Notes: generated from the sequence alone by a model not told the origin. Shown: positions 23,457 to 37,470, counted from the first letter of the whole stretch. The stretch is DNA of 63,250 nt, filler included, from Stramenopiles sp. TOSAG23-6 (GCA_900128565.1; 11 parts of 11 records of this genome joined end to end with filler, not necessarily neighbours in it); one strand, 5' to 3'. Program-made: numbers and translations.

Positions 23457-23700
23457 TATTCTTATTATTTGTATATTGGGGCCTTAGTAAATAAGTATAG
23501 ATAGACTTTGCTTGTTCTTCCTTGAATTTAATCTAAATCGGTATGGACGCACAAAACACTGACTTGATCCGTGTCCTTTACCGCGGTTTTTTTCGTGTGT
23601 TTTGCTGGCAGGTCGAGGTTGAGGTCAATATATCGCGATTTGATTTGATGACGTCGTACAAATTGTACAATGATACCACCGAATACATATTAGACTAAAA

Positions 23701-24810
23701 ATGGGCAAATTTGATGAAATTCCCTTACATTTGCGTTTTTTATTCGGGGCAAGTGCAAATTGCACTGCTACGGCTGTGACACATCCTATGGATGTTTTAA
23801 AAGTTCGCTTGCAGCTCGACGGGCAAGTTGCTGCAAAAAAAACACGTCTAGTTCATTGTGCTCAGTCAGTTTTCCAATTAGAGGGTACCAGAGGTTTCTT
23901 TAGGGGTCTTTCTCCTGCATTTCTTCGACAAATTTTTTATGGTGGGACTCGGCTCACTGTATATGATATTGCGTTAGATTACGCTAGTGACCATGATGGA
24001 ACACCGCCTCCACTATATATAAAGGCCCCAATAGCTCTCACCGCAGATATTTTATACTTATTACAAAACAAAAAATAATAATTCATCAATTTCTATTGTA
24101 GCGTTATAATTTATTAATTTGTATTACAATTGACACATTGAACACTTTATATGTGCGATTGGTGCCATGGTTGGCAATCCCTTTGATTTATCATTAGTTC
24201 GAATGGCAGCAGATGGTAGTAAACCAGTAGCAGAGCGCCGTATGTATAAACATGGCTTTGATGCAGTGTATGTTTTATATGAATTTCTAATTGAATTTTT
24301 TTTCATACGAAATTTCGTACCTAACGATTTTTTTTTTGAAATATTTTTTCACAATACGTGTATCGAATCAGCAAAGAAGAAGGTTTTCTCTCACTTTGGC
24401 GGGGTTGTGGTCCAACATATTTCATACATATTACAAACAAACAAATAATAATATCAAGTTGTATCATATCTTTTATAATTTATTAATTTGTATCATAATT
24501 GACACATTGAACACTTTAAATGGTAGGTCGTTGTATGGTATTGAATGTTGGTCAGCTTTCAACGTATACTGAAGCTAAACAACAGCTTAAAGCGTATCTG
24601 GGATTTCGCGAGGGAATTACATTACATTTTGTTTCATCTATGATTTCTGGTTTTGTTGCCACGTCCATGGCTTTGCCATTTGATACTGCTAAAACTAGAA
24701 TGTATGTTTTATTTTTTTTCAAATTCTATTTTTTTTTCGTACGAACTTTTGTACATAACGATATTTTTTTGAAATATTTTTCCAAAATACATACAGCAAC
24801 TACCTTCCGG
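23701..24810 (+). CDS. Mitochondrial carrier (SLC25), 2-oxoglutarate/malate or dicarboxylate-tricarboxylate type, 3'-partial, 5 exons
   Basis: Three PxDxxKxR signatures (PMDVLKVR, PFDLSLVR, PFDTAKTR); exons 23701-24046, 24153-24267, 24360-24416, 24522-24701, 24793-. Confidence 0.92.
24047..24152 (+). mobile_element. Family B non-canonical intron (AT...AT), 106 nt
   Basis: gca g|ATATTTTATAC...TTGACACATTGAACACTTTATAT|gt gcg gives ALTA-G-AIGAMVGNP. Confidence 0.85.
24268..24359 (+). mobile_element. Family A non-canonical intron (GT...GT), 92 nt
   Basis: gca gt|GTATGTTTT...CACAATAC-GT|g tat cga gives FDA-V-YRISKEEG; GTGTAT repeated across both junctions; no AG in the element. Confidence 0.88.
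24417..24521 (+). mobile_element. Family B non-canonical intron (AT...AT), 105 nt
   Basis: cca ac|ATATTTCATAC...TTGACACATTGAACACTTTAAAT|g gta gives GCGP-T-VGRCM. Confidence 0.85.
24702..24792 (+). mobile_element. Family A non-canonical intron (GT...AT), 91 nt
   Basis: aga at|GTATGTTTT...CCAAAATAC-AT|a cag caa gives DTAKTR-I-QQ; AT duplicated. Confidence 0.8.
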
Positions 24811-25026
24811 NNNNNNNNNNNNNNNNNNNNNNNNNNNNNNNNNNNNNNNNNNNNTTAATTAATTAANNNNNNNNNNNNNNNNNNNNNNNNNNNNNNNNNN
24901 NNNNNNNNNNTAACGTATGTTTTATTTTTTTGAAAATTTGAATTTTTTTTTTTTAGTTTTCATACGAAATTTTGTACCTAACAAAATGTTTTTGATTTTT
25001 TTTTGAAATATTTTTCCAAAATACAT

Positions 25027-28000
25027 ACAATTTCATGTATACAACCAACATTAAACACTACTTTCAGTGATATACAATTGGTGAACCGGGTATCCAGACA
25101 ACCAAAGATTCCAGGACGTCATCGAAAACATGGAACAGATTTGGCAAGAATAATATATGTTTTTTTTTTTTTGCCCGGATACAAAAAAATTTGATGTGAA
25201 AAAATGGTATTTATCCCCCGTAGCTGATGATAGAATAGACGATTATCCCCAACAACAACAACAACAACAAATGCATGACGTATCATCTATGGATCATGCA
25301 TCTTTGGGACATCATATTCGAAATACTGATCCATATGCAAATAACTCTAATCGAAATGAATTAAATATATCTCAAGGTACGAAATTTGGTATGGATTTGA
25401 GTAGTCAAAGATTTGTATCACAACATGTTATGGACCCTAATGGTAGAAAGCGTTCTAATTCTGATTCATCTAATTCTTATCACGAGTATAAACAACATTG
25501 TGAAAATTTAATCACACAAGTTGAACGCCTCGATTCGTATGAGGAAAAAATGTTTGATTTTCAAGGTGTTAGAGCTCGTGTACGAAAAGGTGCATATAAA
25601 AAACAACATGGATTTACTGATGCTATAAAACGTGTCATAGAAAAAGTACGAAAGAAAGAAGAAGAGCACCAGAACGAGAAGTTTTTTAGAGCCACTGAAG
25701 TGTTGGAGGAATTCAAAAAATTATTAAAGAATTTTCGTAGTGATATGAATCATTTAAAAAAACAGGGGTATAGTGATCAAATATATCCCATAAGTCAAAA
25801 AAAACGTATGAGAATGTATGTTTTATATGAATTTCTAATTTAATTTTTGTTTCACACGAAATTTCATACTAAACGATTTTTTTTTTGAAATATTTTTTCA
25901 CTATATATGACGCATCATGGAGGAGATGTCATTCATGGTACTCATCAATATGGATATGAGGATACTCGTAGATGGTCTTCAACAAGCAGTTCGATTAACA
26001 ATGATGCAATCAGTAATAATTATTGTTATGAAGATGATAGGCATCAGTTTGAAAATTCATCAAACATGAATCGATACAATCAAGGAATTCGACCTTCGAG
26101 TGGACTTAAAATTAAGATTGATCGTGCTCATGCTACAGACATTATTAACCTACAACACCACCCTTCATCCGCACGTTCAACGAGCAGTCGTCAAAGCTAT
26201 GTGGATGAGATCCAACAACAGCAGTTCGAACAACAACTACAACAACAACAATTACAACAACAACAACAACAACAACAACAACTATTACAACAACAACAAC
26301 AACAGCAACAACAACAATTCCAGCTTCAGCAACAACAACAACTAAAAGAAAAAATGCGTAGAGAGCAACAGCGGGTGTTACAACAACATAAACATTCATA
26401 TGTAAATCAGAGAAAATCGGAGTCTCACAGAAGACCGACTGTTCGCAGTGCTCAACAAAACACGAATTCTTCGAATAACTCTAACAAAATGTATCAGAAA
26501 GTTCCTGTCGTATTATTACTCGGAGCTCCATGCTGTGGTAAAGGAACACAAGGTAAAATATTACAAAGTGCTCTGCGGTGGCATTATGTATCATGTGGTG
26601 AAGAATTGCGTAAAGCACGAGTCATCAGCGCGAATGCTCATGCGATAAAAAATTTGGCACGTCTAGAGAATGATCCAAATTCGAAATCAGAAGCTTATGT
26701 CTTGCGGTGTCGAATTATTGATGAATTATTAAAGCGTCAATGTCTTCGTGCTTGCTTAGTAGAAAGTAATTATGCTGGCTTAGTGATTGATGGGTGCCGA
26801 ACTGTAGAACAAGCGAGGGCAATGGAGCAGACACTATCATGTATCAAAGGTCTCCCACCCCTAAAAATTCAGATTGTTGTAACTTTGCATGTACCGAAGG
26901 AAATTGTAAAAGAAAGAACATTTGATCGATGGATACATGCTCCAAGTGGTCGTATTTACAGCAAAACCATACGACCTCCAAAAAACCCTGGGTTTGATGA
27001 CGTCACCGGTGAACGTCTTACCCAAAGAAGTGACAATGATATGTGGGGAAAAAGACACGATTTTTATATAGAAAAACTTGAAGATGTACAAAATTATTTT
27101 GTAAAAAGAGGCGCCTTATTATTAAATGTTGATGCTACATCAACGCCATTGAATGTTCATTCTAAAGTTACCAATGTAATCAATCTAGGTTTATATAATC
27201 GGAAAATAAAACTTTCTCTTCCGGGTGAAGCCGCTTTATGCAGTCGTCCTCGATTGGCTCATTCATCAGCTTTACCTTCTTGGAACAAAGCTAATGGTGG
27301 TGGATGTCTTATTTTATGTCGCAAACCACTTGCTGATTTAATAATTAGAGCTTTAGCTGAAGTTGATGAAACTCCTTTAAAACTTTCTCAGAATACGAAT
27401 ATACCTACAACAGAAGTGTCAACATCACTTAGGAAAACACTTGCCTGGCCTATTACGCAAAATCCTGAGCGACTGCGTGATTTTTTAGTAGATGTTGCTT
27501 CTAGTAACAAAAATATTTCTGTTGTGCAACAAACTGTTCAGCTTGGAGAATGTTTAGGTTTACAATCATTATTACGCGAATCAACTGATATGAGTGCTTA
27601 TTTTGGTACTGTCACTGGATTAAAAACGTTTGAAAATGGTGTTCAATTTGGAAAAATTTCATATAACCCTAACCCAGATGAACCTTTAAATGAACCTTTA
27701 AATGAACCTTTAAATGAGCATTTAAATGAGCATTCAGGAATAGTGAAAGAAATAGAGTTTAGTATGGATGAAGTTCGAACACCTACCATTGATATCACAA
27801 AAGATATGGAGGTTTCGTTTAATATTGTATCTAGACAGGGGAAAGATTGGGCTGTTAACATTGAAATTTGGGATGAAAAAAAAGTGAATATTTTAGATGT
27901 TTTAGAAAATGAAAATAATGAAATTTGGAATCTTGAAAAGACGAAAAATACAAAAAATGATACGATGGACAAATTAGATCCTAAAGATTTGGAATCGACG

Positions 28001-29140
28001 ACGGTTACAACAGATAGAAATTTGATTAATTCTGGCCATTCTTTTGATTTGACTACGAGACTCTCAGACAAACACGAATTACCAAAGAGTGATACGATGA
28101 TGGTTAAAAATAATGTAGCTGATGAAACATGTACTCGTAACCCTAACCCTAATGATACAATTGGAGTTGAACAAAGTTCAATTAATACGGAATTAACTAC
28201 AGAAAATGAAAACCTTTCCGTAGATGGTGAAAATCACAAAAATAATAAGAACAATGAAACATTGAAATCAGTGATGGATGATTCTAAAACAATAATGAAT
28301 AAAGAGATAAAAAACAATGAAACACAAAATACTACAAAAACAATGAATGACGATACAAATCAAGAAATAACGACTAAAAAATTATTTGAGAATAATGGAA
28401 AAGATATCCAACCATCTTCAAATTGTGATGAAAAAACTGGAAAAACTGAAAAATCGAAAACGAATAAAGAAATATGGTGTGGTTTGCTCACATTTGGATT
28501 AAAATTACCTCAAGTTGTTCTCCCCAGTGGTGTCTTTCAAGCCGAAGATTCGGGACATTCTCTAAATTGCGCAGCGCGAGAATTGAAGAAACATCTTGGC
28601 ATCGTTTTAGAATCAAAAATTTGGACTAGTACGACACAACAATATTTACGACAAAAACAATTAAATCCAAAATATGGTACATTAGAGTTATATAGAGATT
28701 CGGTTAGTCAACCCAAGCATCGCGTTTATTATATTTTATTACCAGAGGCAAAAGATGCTATTGTCAGTGTTTTGTATGATAAAGATGGCCGGCGTATCAT
28801 TCGAATATCAACAAAACATCCAGCGTCTAGTTCAACAGTTACATCAACAAAAAGTCGATCAACAATAAAAAAAAATGAAAAACAGCCTAATTGGGTTGTT
28901 AAAACTGTGGACGGTGTGCACTTCTTTTATAATATGCATAAAAAAGTATTTGTCTCTCATACATTACCTCAAGAATGGATAGCAGCAGGATGGCAAATTG
29001 CTTGTCAGAGTGCTGGTACAATGTTGTATTGGTTTAATAAAATATCACAAGAGTCTGAATGGAGAGCAGGCGATAATGCAAAATCACCACCAGGATTTGA
29101 ACCGCACCCGGATCATAAAGAAGTGAAAATCCCAAATTAA
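25027..29140 (+). CDS. Copy of ADK-like multidomain gene
   Basis: Same translation as 117-4230. Confidence 0.75.
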
Positions 29141-29752
29141 AAAACTTTTCTTAAATAGTAGGATTTGAACCGCCGCGTTCATAACAGAATCAGAGGGAAG
29201 ACATCTAGAGAGTAAGATTTGAATAAATAAGGATAATTTCTCTAGAAAAGTAGGACTTATTTTGGTTAGTTGAAGCCCTAATCCTATTTATTATCTCTGT
29301 AGGGTGATGTCGTGTTTGGTTTTATTTTGATTGGATTGTTGTCAAATCATATGTGAAGATGAAACATAATTTTATTCTTGTTTTGCTGGTGTAAAGAGTA
29401 AAAGCAGTTGTATGTTTTTATAAATATAGTATTAAGCTATTTCTTGTTTTTCACATTTTTTGAATTTTTTGATTACTATTATTTTTTTTTCTAAACAGGG
29501 CATTTGTTTTCGCTAAAGTTTCATTATTATTGTAGAGCTTGTATAGGCCCAGTAAGACATGAAAAATGTCGGTCATTGTATTGTAAATGATCAACTTTAT
29601 CATATATCTAGTATTGTTGAAGAAGTACAAGATAAGTGATTTCAACAAATTGCACTAAAAATGATCATAATGCTAATGTATAAAAATTCGAATATGATGA
29701 TGGAAAATATATTTGTGTATTACGACTACATTTAATTGAATAATAAAAACAT

Positions 29753-30789
29753 CTAAACAATACCGCTCTCACCTGTAGTTAAATTCACATTTTCATATAA
29801 CCCATTCAAATGTTCATTCATTTTCTCAAGTAACACGAAATCCTGTATTTCTTTTGGTTTTTCAATTTCTAATTTAATAGCTCCTTTTATATTTCTGTAT
29901 AAAGCTGCTTTTTGGTATGAGTTTCCTGCTGTTTGTGCTAATAATGCTGTAACTGTTGTATTCAATCTAAGAAGTTTTTGTATTTCTTTAATTTCTGAAT
30001 TTAGAATTTGTCTTCTTTCATGAAACCAATTCCAAAAATTTGGACTTTGCACGAAATATAGTAAAAGTTGAAACCAAGTTGAATTTCGTCCAGTTCCACA
30101 AATAGCCGCAATATTTGGCATTTTCTGTGGATTTATTGTTTTTTTTTTCATATTTGATAAAAATAAATCAATTTCAAATTTAGGTATCAGATGTGTAGGA
30201 TTTTCATACGGTCCAAAACCAGTCGATCCAAACCCTAACCCTAATGATATATTTTTACTGACATTTTGGGTATTTGAATGCATTGAAAAAAATGATGCTG
30301 AGCTACCAATACCTCCTGGAACGTACATTTTTTTATGTCGTGTTTTTTTGGAAATTTGAAAAAAGGGTTCAAATGGTAGTAATAATTCTGTAGTTAAATG
30401 TCTAAAATGTGATTTTAAAATTTTAGTATTAATCGAACAAAATGGATCTATGGACAAACCTGTTACAGATTGTACAGTAGTATCTGAATGTATGGATGAG
30501 GATGATGACGTATTGCTTCTGGTACTTTTATTATTACTCATACTTATTGGATAGGAAAATGATGAATTTCTTTGTGATTTTTGTGATGGTATTTTATCTT
30601 GTAGATTTCGTGATTGTTTTGAAAATGATGAACTTATTCTTTTCCGTATATTTCGTGTTGTTGTAGGTTTTTTTAATAATTGTTTCATAATAGTTTTATA
30701 AGGTGAAACTACAGGCAAATTACGACATATAAGATATGCTCTATATGAATGTAATTTATTATCTGATTGTGAACTACCTGCAACAGCCC
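29753..30789 (-). CDS. DENND6: Copy of DENND6-like last exon
   Basis: Same translation as 4843-5879. Confidence 0.65.
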
Positions 30790-31248
30790 AAATAATGTGA
30801 AAAAATATGTTCCCATTCAAAATTTGTTACATTCAAGATTTTGAAAGGTTTTGAAAGGAAAACATGGAAATTGAAAAAATATATACATTTGAACAATACA
30901 TTTGAACAATATATTTGAACAATACATTTGAACAATATATTTGAACAATAGATTTGAACAATACATTTGAACAATATATTTGAACAATACATTTGAACAA
31001 TACATTTGAACAATACATTTGAACAATACATTNNNNNNNNNNNNNNNNNNNNNNNNNNNNNNNNNNNNNNNNNNNNTTAATTAATTAANNNNNNNNNNNN
31101 NNNNNNNNNNNNNNNNNNNNNNNNNNNNNNNNTAACGTATGTTTTATTTTTTTGAAAATTTGAATTTTTTTTTTTTAGTTTTCATACGAAATTTTGTACC
31201 TAACAAAATGTTTTTGATTTTTTTTTGAAATATTTTTCCAAAATACAT

Positions 31249-34200
31249 ACAATTTCATGTATACAACCAACATTAAACACTACTTTCAGTGATATACAAT
31301 TGGTGAACCGGGTATCCAGACAACCAAAGATTCCAGGACGTCATCGAAAACATGGAACAGATTTGGCAAGAATAATATATGTTTTTTTTTTTTTGCCCGG
31401 ATACAAAAAAATTTGATGTGAAAAAATGGTATTTATCCCCCGTAGCTGATGATAGAATAGACGATTATCCCCAACAACAACAACAACAACAAATGCATGA
31501 CGTATCATCTATGGATCATGCATCTTTGGGACATCATATTCGAAATACTGATCCATATGCAAATAACTCTAATCGAAATGAATTAAATATATCTCAAGGT
31601 ACGAAATTTGGTATGGATTTGAGTAGTCAAAGATTTGTATCACAACATGTTATGGACCCTAATGGTAGAAAGCGTTCTAATTCTGATTCATCTAATTCTT
31701 ATCACGAGTATAAACAACATTGTGAAAATTTAATCACACAAGTTGAACGCCTCGATTCGTATGAGGAAAAAATGTTTGATTTTCAAGGTGTTAGAGCTCG
31801 TGTACGAAAAGGTGCATATAAAAAACAACATGGATTTACTGATGCTATAAAACGTGTCATAGAAAAAGTACGAAAGAAAGAAGAAGAGCACCAGAACGAG
31901 AAGTTTTTTAGAGCCACTGAAGTGTTGGAGGAATTCAAAAAATTATTAAAGAATTTTCGTAGTGATATGAATCATTTAAAAAAACAGGGGTATAGTGATC
32001 AAATATATCCCATAAGTCAAAAAAAACGTATGAGAATGTATGTTTTATATGAATTTCTAATTTAATTTTTGTTTCACACGAAATTTCATACTAAACGATT
32101 TTTTTTTTGAAATATTTTTTCACTATATATGACGCATCATGGAGGAGATGTCATTCATGGTACTCATCAATATGGATATGAGGATACTCGTAGATGGTCT
32201 TCAACAAGCAGTTCGATTAACAATGATGCAATCAGTAATAATTATTGTTATGAAGATGATAGGCATCAGTTTGAAAATTCATCAAACATGAATCGATACA
32301 ATCAAGGAATTCGACCTTCGAGTGGACTTAAAATTAAGATTGATCGTGCTCATGCTACAGACATTATTAACCTACAACACCACCCTTCATCCGCACGTTC
32401 AACGAGCAGTCGTCAAAGCTATGTGGATGAGATCCAACAACAGCAGTTCGAACAACAACTACAACAACAACAATTACAACAACAACAACAACAACAACAA
32501 CAACTATTACAACAACAACAACAACAGCAACAACAACAATTCCAGCTTCAGCAACAACAACAACTAAAAGAAAAAATGCGTAGAGAGCAACAGCGGGTGT
32601 TACAACAACATAAACATTCATATGTAAATCAGAGAAAATCGGAGTCTCACAGAAGACCGACTGTTCGCAGTGCTCAACAAAACACGAATTCTTCGAATAA
32701 CTCTAACAAAATGTATCAGAAAGTTCCTGTCGTATTATTACTCGGAGCTCCATGCTGTGGTAAAGGAACACAAGGTAAAATATTACAAAGTGCTCTGCGG
32801 TGGCATTATGTATCATGTGGTGAAGAATTGCGTAAAGCACGAGTCATCAGCGCGAATGCTCATGCGATAAAAAATTTGGCACGTCTAGAGAATGATCCAA
32901 ATTCGAAATCAGAAGCTTATGTCTTGCGGTGTCGAATTATTGATGAATTATTAAAGCGTCAATGTCTTCGTGCTTGCTTAGTAGAAAGTAATTATGCTGG
33001 CTTAGTGATTGATGGGTGCCGAACTGTAGAACAAGCGAGGGCAATGGAGCAGACACTATCATGTATCAAAGGTCTCCCACCCCTAAAAATTCAGATTGTT
33101 GTAACTTTGCATGTACCGAAGGAAATTGTAAAAGAAAGAACATTTGATCGATGGATACATGCTCCAAGTGGTCGTATTTACAGCAAAACCATACGACCTC
33201 CAAAAAACCCTGGGTTTGATGACGTCACCGGTGAACGTCTTACCCAAAGAAGTGACAATGATATGTGGGGAAAAAGACACGATTTTTATATAGAAAAACT
33301 TGAAGATGTACAAAATTATTTTGTAAAAAGAGGCGCCTTATTATTAAATGTTGATGCTACATCAACGCCATTGAATGTTCATTCTAAAGTTACCAATGTA
33401 ATCAATCTAGGTTTATATAATCGGAAAATAAAACTTTCTCTTCCGGGTGAAGCCGCTTTATGCAGTCGTCCTCGATTGGCTCATTCATCAGCTTTACCTT
33501 CTTGGAACAAAGCTAATGGTGGTGGATGTCTTATTTTATGTCGCAAACCACTTGCTGATTTAATAATTAGAGCTTTAGCTGAAGTTGATGAAACTCCTTT
33601 AAAACTTTCTCAGAATACGAATATACCTACAACAGAAGTGTCAACATCACTTAGGAAAACACTTGCCTGGCCTATTACGCAAAATCCTGAGCGACTGCGT
33701 GATTTTTTAGTAGATGTTGCTTCTAGTAACAAAAATATTTCTGTTGTGCAACAAACTGTTCAGCTTGGAGAATGTTTAGGTTTACAATCATTATTACGCG
33801 AATCAACTGATATGAGTGCTTATTTTGGTACTGTCACTGGATTAAAAACGTTTGAAAATGGTGTTCAATTTGGAAAAATTTCATATAACCCTAACCCAGA
33901 TGAACCTTTAAATGAACCTTTAAATGAACCTTTAAATGAGCATTTAAATGAGCATTCAGGAATAGTGAAAGAAATAGAGTTTAGTATGGATGAAGTTCGA
34001 ACACCTACCATTGATATCACAAAAGATATGGAGGTTTCGTTTAATATTGTATCTAGACAGGGGAAAGATTGGGCTGTTAACATTGAAATTTGGGATGAAA
34101 AAAAAGTGAATATTTTAGATGTTTTAGAAAATGAAAATAATGAAATTTGGAATCTTGAAAAGACGAAAAATACAAAAAATGATACGATGGACAAATTAGA

Positions 34201-35362
34201 TCCTAAAGATTTGGAATCGACGACGGTTACAACAGATAGAAATTTGATTAATTCTGGCCATTCTTTTGATTTGACTACGAGACTCTCAGACAAACACGAA
34301 TTACCAAAGAGTGATACGATGATGGTTAAAAATAATGTAGCTGATGAAACATGTACTCGTAACCCTAACCCTAATGATACAATTGGAGTTGAACAAAGTT
34401 CAATTAATACGGAATTAACTACAGAAAATGAAAACCTTTCCGTAGATGGTGAAAATCACAAAAATAATAAGAACAATGAAACATTGAAATCAGTGATGGA
34501 TGATTCTAAAACAATAATGAATAAAGAGATAAAAAACAATGAAACACAAAATACTACAAAAACAATGAATGACGATACAAATCAAGAAATAACGACTAAA
34601 AAATTATTTGAGAATAATGGAAAAGATATCCAACCATCTTCAAATTGTGATGAAAAAACTGGAAAAACTGAAAAATCGAAAACGAATAAAGAAATATGGT
34701 GTGGTTTGCTCACATTTGGATTAAAATTACCTCAAGTTGTTCTCCCCAGTGGTGTCTTTCAAGCCGAAGATTCGGGACATTCTCTAAATTGCGCAGCGCG
34801 AGAATTGAAGAAACATCTTGGCATCGTTTTAGAATCAAAAATTTGGACTAGTACGACACAACAATATTTACGACAAAAACAATTAAATCCAAAATATGGT
34901 ACATTAGAGTTATATAGAGATTCGGTTAGTCAACCCAAGCATCGCGTTTATTATATTTTATTACCAGAGGCAAAAGATGCTATTGTCAGTGTTTTGTATG
35001 ATAAAGATGGCCGGCGTATCATTCGAATATCAACAAAACATCCAGCGTCTAGTTCAACAGTTACATCAACAAAAAGTCGATCAACAATAAAAAAAAATGA
35101 AAAACAGCCTAATTGGGTTGTTAAAACTGTGGACGGTGTGCACTTCTTTTATAATATGCATAAAAAAGTATTTGTCTCTCATACATTACCTCAAGAATGG
35201 ATAGCAGCAGGATGGCAAATTGCTTGTCAGAGTGCTGGTACAATGTTGTATTGGTTTAATAAAATATCACAAGAGTCTGAATGGAGAGCAGGCGATAATG
35301 CAAAATCACCACCAGGATTTGAACCGCACCCGGATCATAAAGAAGTGAAAATCCCAAATTAA
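31249..35362 (+). CDS. Copy of ADK-like multidomain gene
   Basis: Same translation as 117-4230. Confidence 0.75.
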
Positions 35363-35974
35363 AAAACTTTTCTTAAATAGTAGGATTTGAACCGCCGCGT
35401 TCATAACAGAATCAGAGGGAAGACATCTAGAGAGTAAGATTTGAATAAATAAGGATAATTTCTCTAGAAAAGTAGGACTTATTTTGGTTAGTTGAAGCCC
35501 TAATCCTATTTATTATCTCTGTAGGGTGATGTCGTGTTTGGTTTTATTTTGATTGGATTGTTGTCAAATCATATGTGAAGATGAAACATAATTTTATTCT
35601 TGTTTTGCTGGTGTAAAGAGTAAAAGCAGTTGTATGTTTTTATAAATATAGTATTAAGCTATTTCTTGTTTTTCACATTTTTTGAATTTTTTGATTACTA
35701 TTATTTTTTTTTCTAAACAGGGCATTTGTTTTCGCTAAAGTTTCATTATTATTGTAGAGCTTGTATAGGCCCAGTAAGACATGAAAAATGTCGGTCATTG
35801 TATTGTAAATGATCAACTTTATCATATATCTAGTATTGTTGAAGAAGTACAAGATAAGTGATTTCAACAAATTGCACTAAAAATGATCATAATGCTAATG
35901 TATAAAAATTCGAATATGATGATGGAAAATATATTTGTGTATTACGACTACATTTAATTGAATAATAAAAACAT

Positions 35975-37011
35975 CTAAACAATACCGCTCTCACCTGTAG
36001 TTAAATTCACATTTTCATATAACCCATTCAAATGTTCATTCATTTTCTCAAGTAACACGAAATCCTGTATTTCTTTTGGTTTTTCAATTTCTAATTTAAT
36101 AGCTCCTTTTATATTTCTGTATAAAGCTGCTTTTTGGTATGAGTTTCCTGCTGTTTGTGCTAATAATGCTGTAACTGTTGTATTCAATCTAAGAAGTTTT
36201 TGTATTTCTTTAATTTCTGAATTTAGAATTTGTCTTCTTTCATGAAACCAATTCCAAAAATTTGGACTTTGCACGAAATATAGTAAAAGTTGAAACCAAG
36301 TTGAATTTCGTCCAGTTCCACAAATAGCCGCAATATTTGGCATTTTCTGTGGATTTATTGTTTTTTTTTTCATATTTGATAAAAATAAATCAATTTCAAA
36401 TTTAGGTATCAGATGTGTAGGATTTTCATACGGTCCAAAACCAGTCGATCCAAACCCTAACCCTAATGATATATTTTTACTGACATTTTGGGTATTTGAA
36501 TGCATTGAAAAAAATGATGCTGAGCTACCAATACCTCCTGGAACGTACATTTTTTTATGTCGTGTTTTTTTGGAAATTTGAAAAAAGGGTTCAAATGGTA
36601 GTAATAATTCTGTAGTTAAATGTCTAAAATGTGATTTTAAAATTTTAGTATTAATCGAACAAAATGGATCTATGGACAAACCTGTTACAGATTGTACAGT
36701 AGTATCTGAATGTATGGATGAGGATGATGACGTATTGCTTCTGGTACTTTTATTATTACTCATACTTATTGGATAGGAAAATGATGAATTTCTTTGTGAT
36801 TTTTGTGATGGTATTTTATCTTGTAGATTTCGTGATTGTTTTGAAAATGATGAACTTATTCTTTTCCGTATATTTCGTGTTGTTGTAGGTTTTTTTAATA
36901 ATTGTTTCATAATAGTTTTATAAGGTGAAACTACAGGCAAATTACGACATATAAGATATGCTCTATATGAATGTAATTTATTATCTGATTGTGAACTACC
37001 TGCAACAGCCC
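35975..37011 (-). CDS. DENND6: Copy of DENND6-like last exon
   Basis: Same translation as 4843-5879. Confidence 0.65.
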
Positions 37012-37470
37012 AAATAATGTGAAAAAATATGTTCCCATTCAAAATTTGTTACATTCAAGATTTTGAAAGGTTTTGAAAGGAAAACATGGAAATTGAAAAA
37101 ATATATACATTTGAACAATACATTTGAACAATATATTTGAACAATACATTTGAACAATATATTTGAACAATAGATTTGAACAATACATTTGAACAATATA
37201 TTTGAACAATACATTTGAACAATACATTTGAACAATACATTTGAACAATACATTNNNNNNNNNNNNNNNNNNNNNNNNNNNNNNNNNNNNNNNNNNNNTT
37301 AATTAATTAANNNNNNNNNNNNNNNNNNNNNNNNNNNNNNNNNNNNNNNNNNNNTAACGTATGTTTTATTTTTTTGAAAATTTGAATTTTTTTTTTTTAG
37401 TTTTCATACGAAATTTTGTACCTAACAAAATGTTTTTGATTTTTTTTTGAAATATTTTTCCAAAATACAT

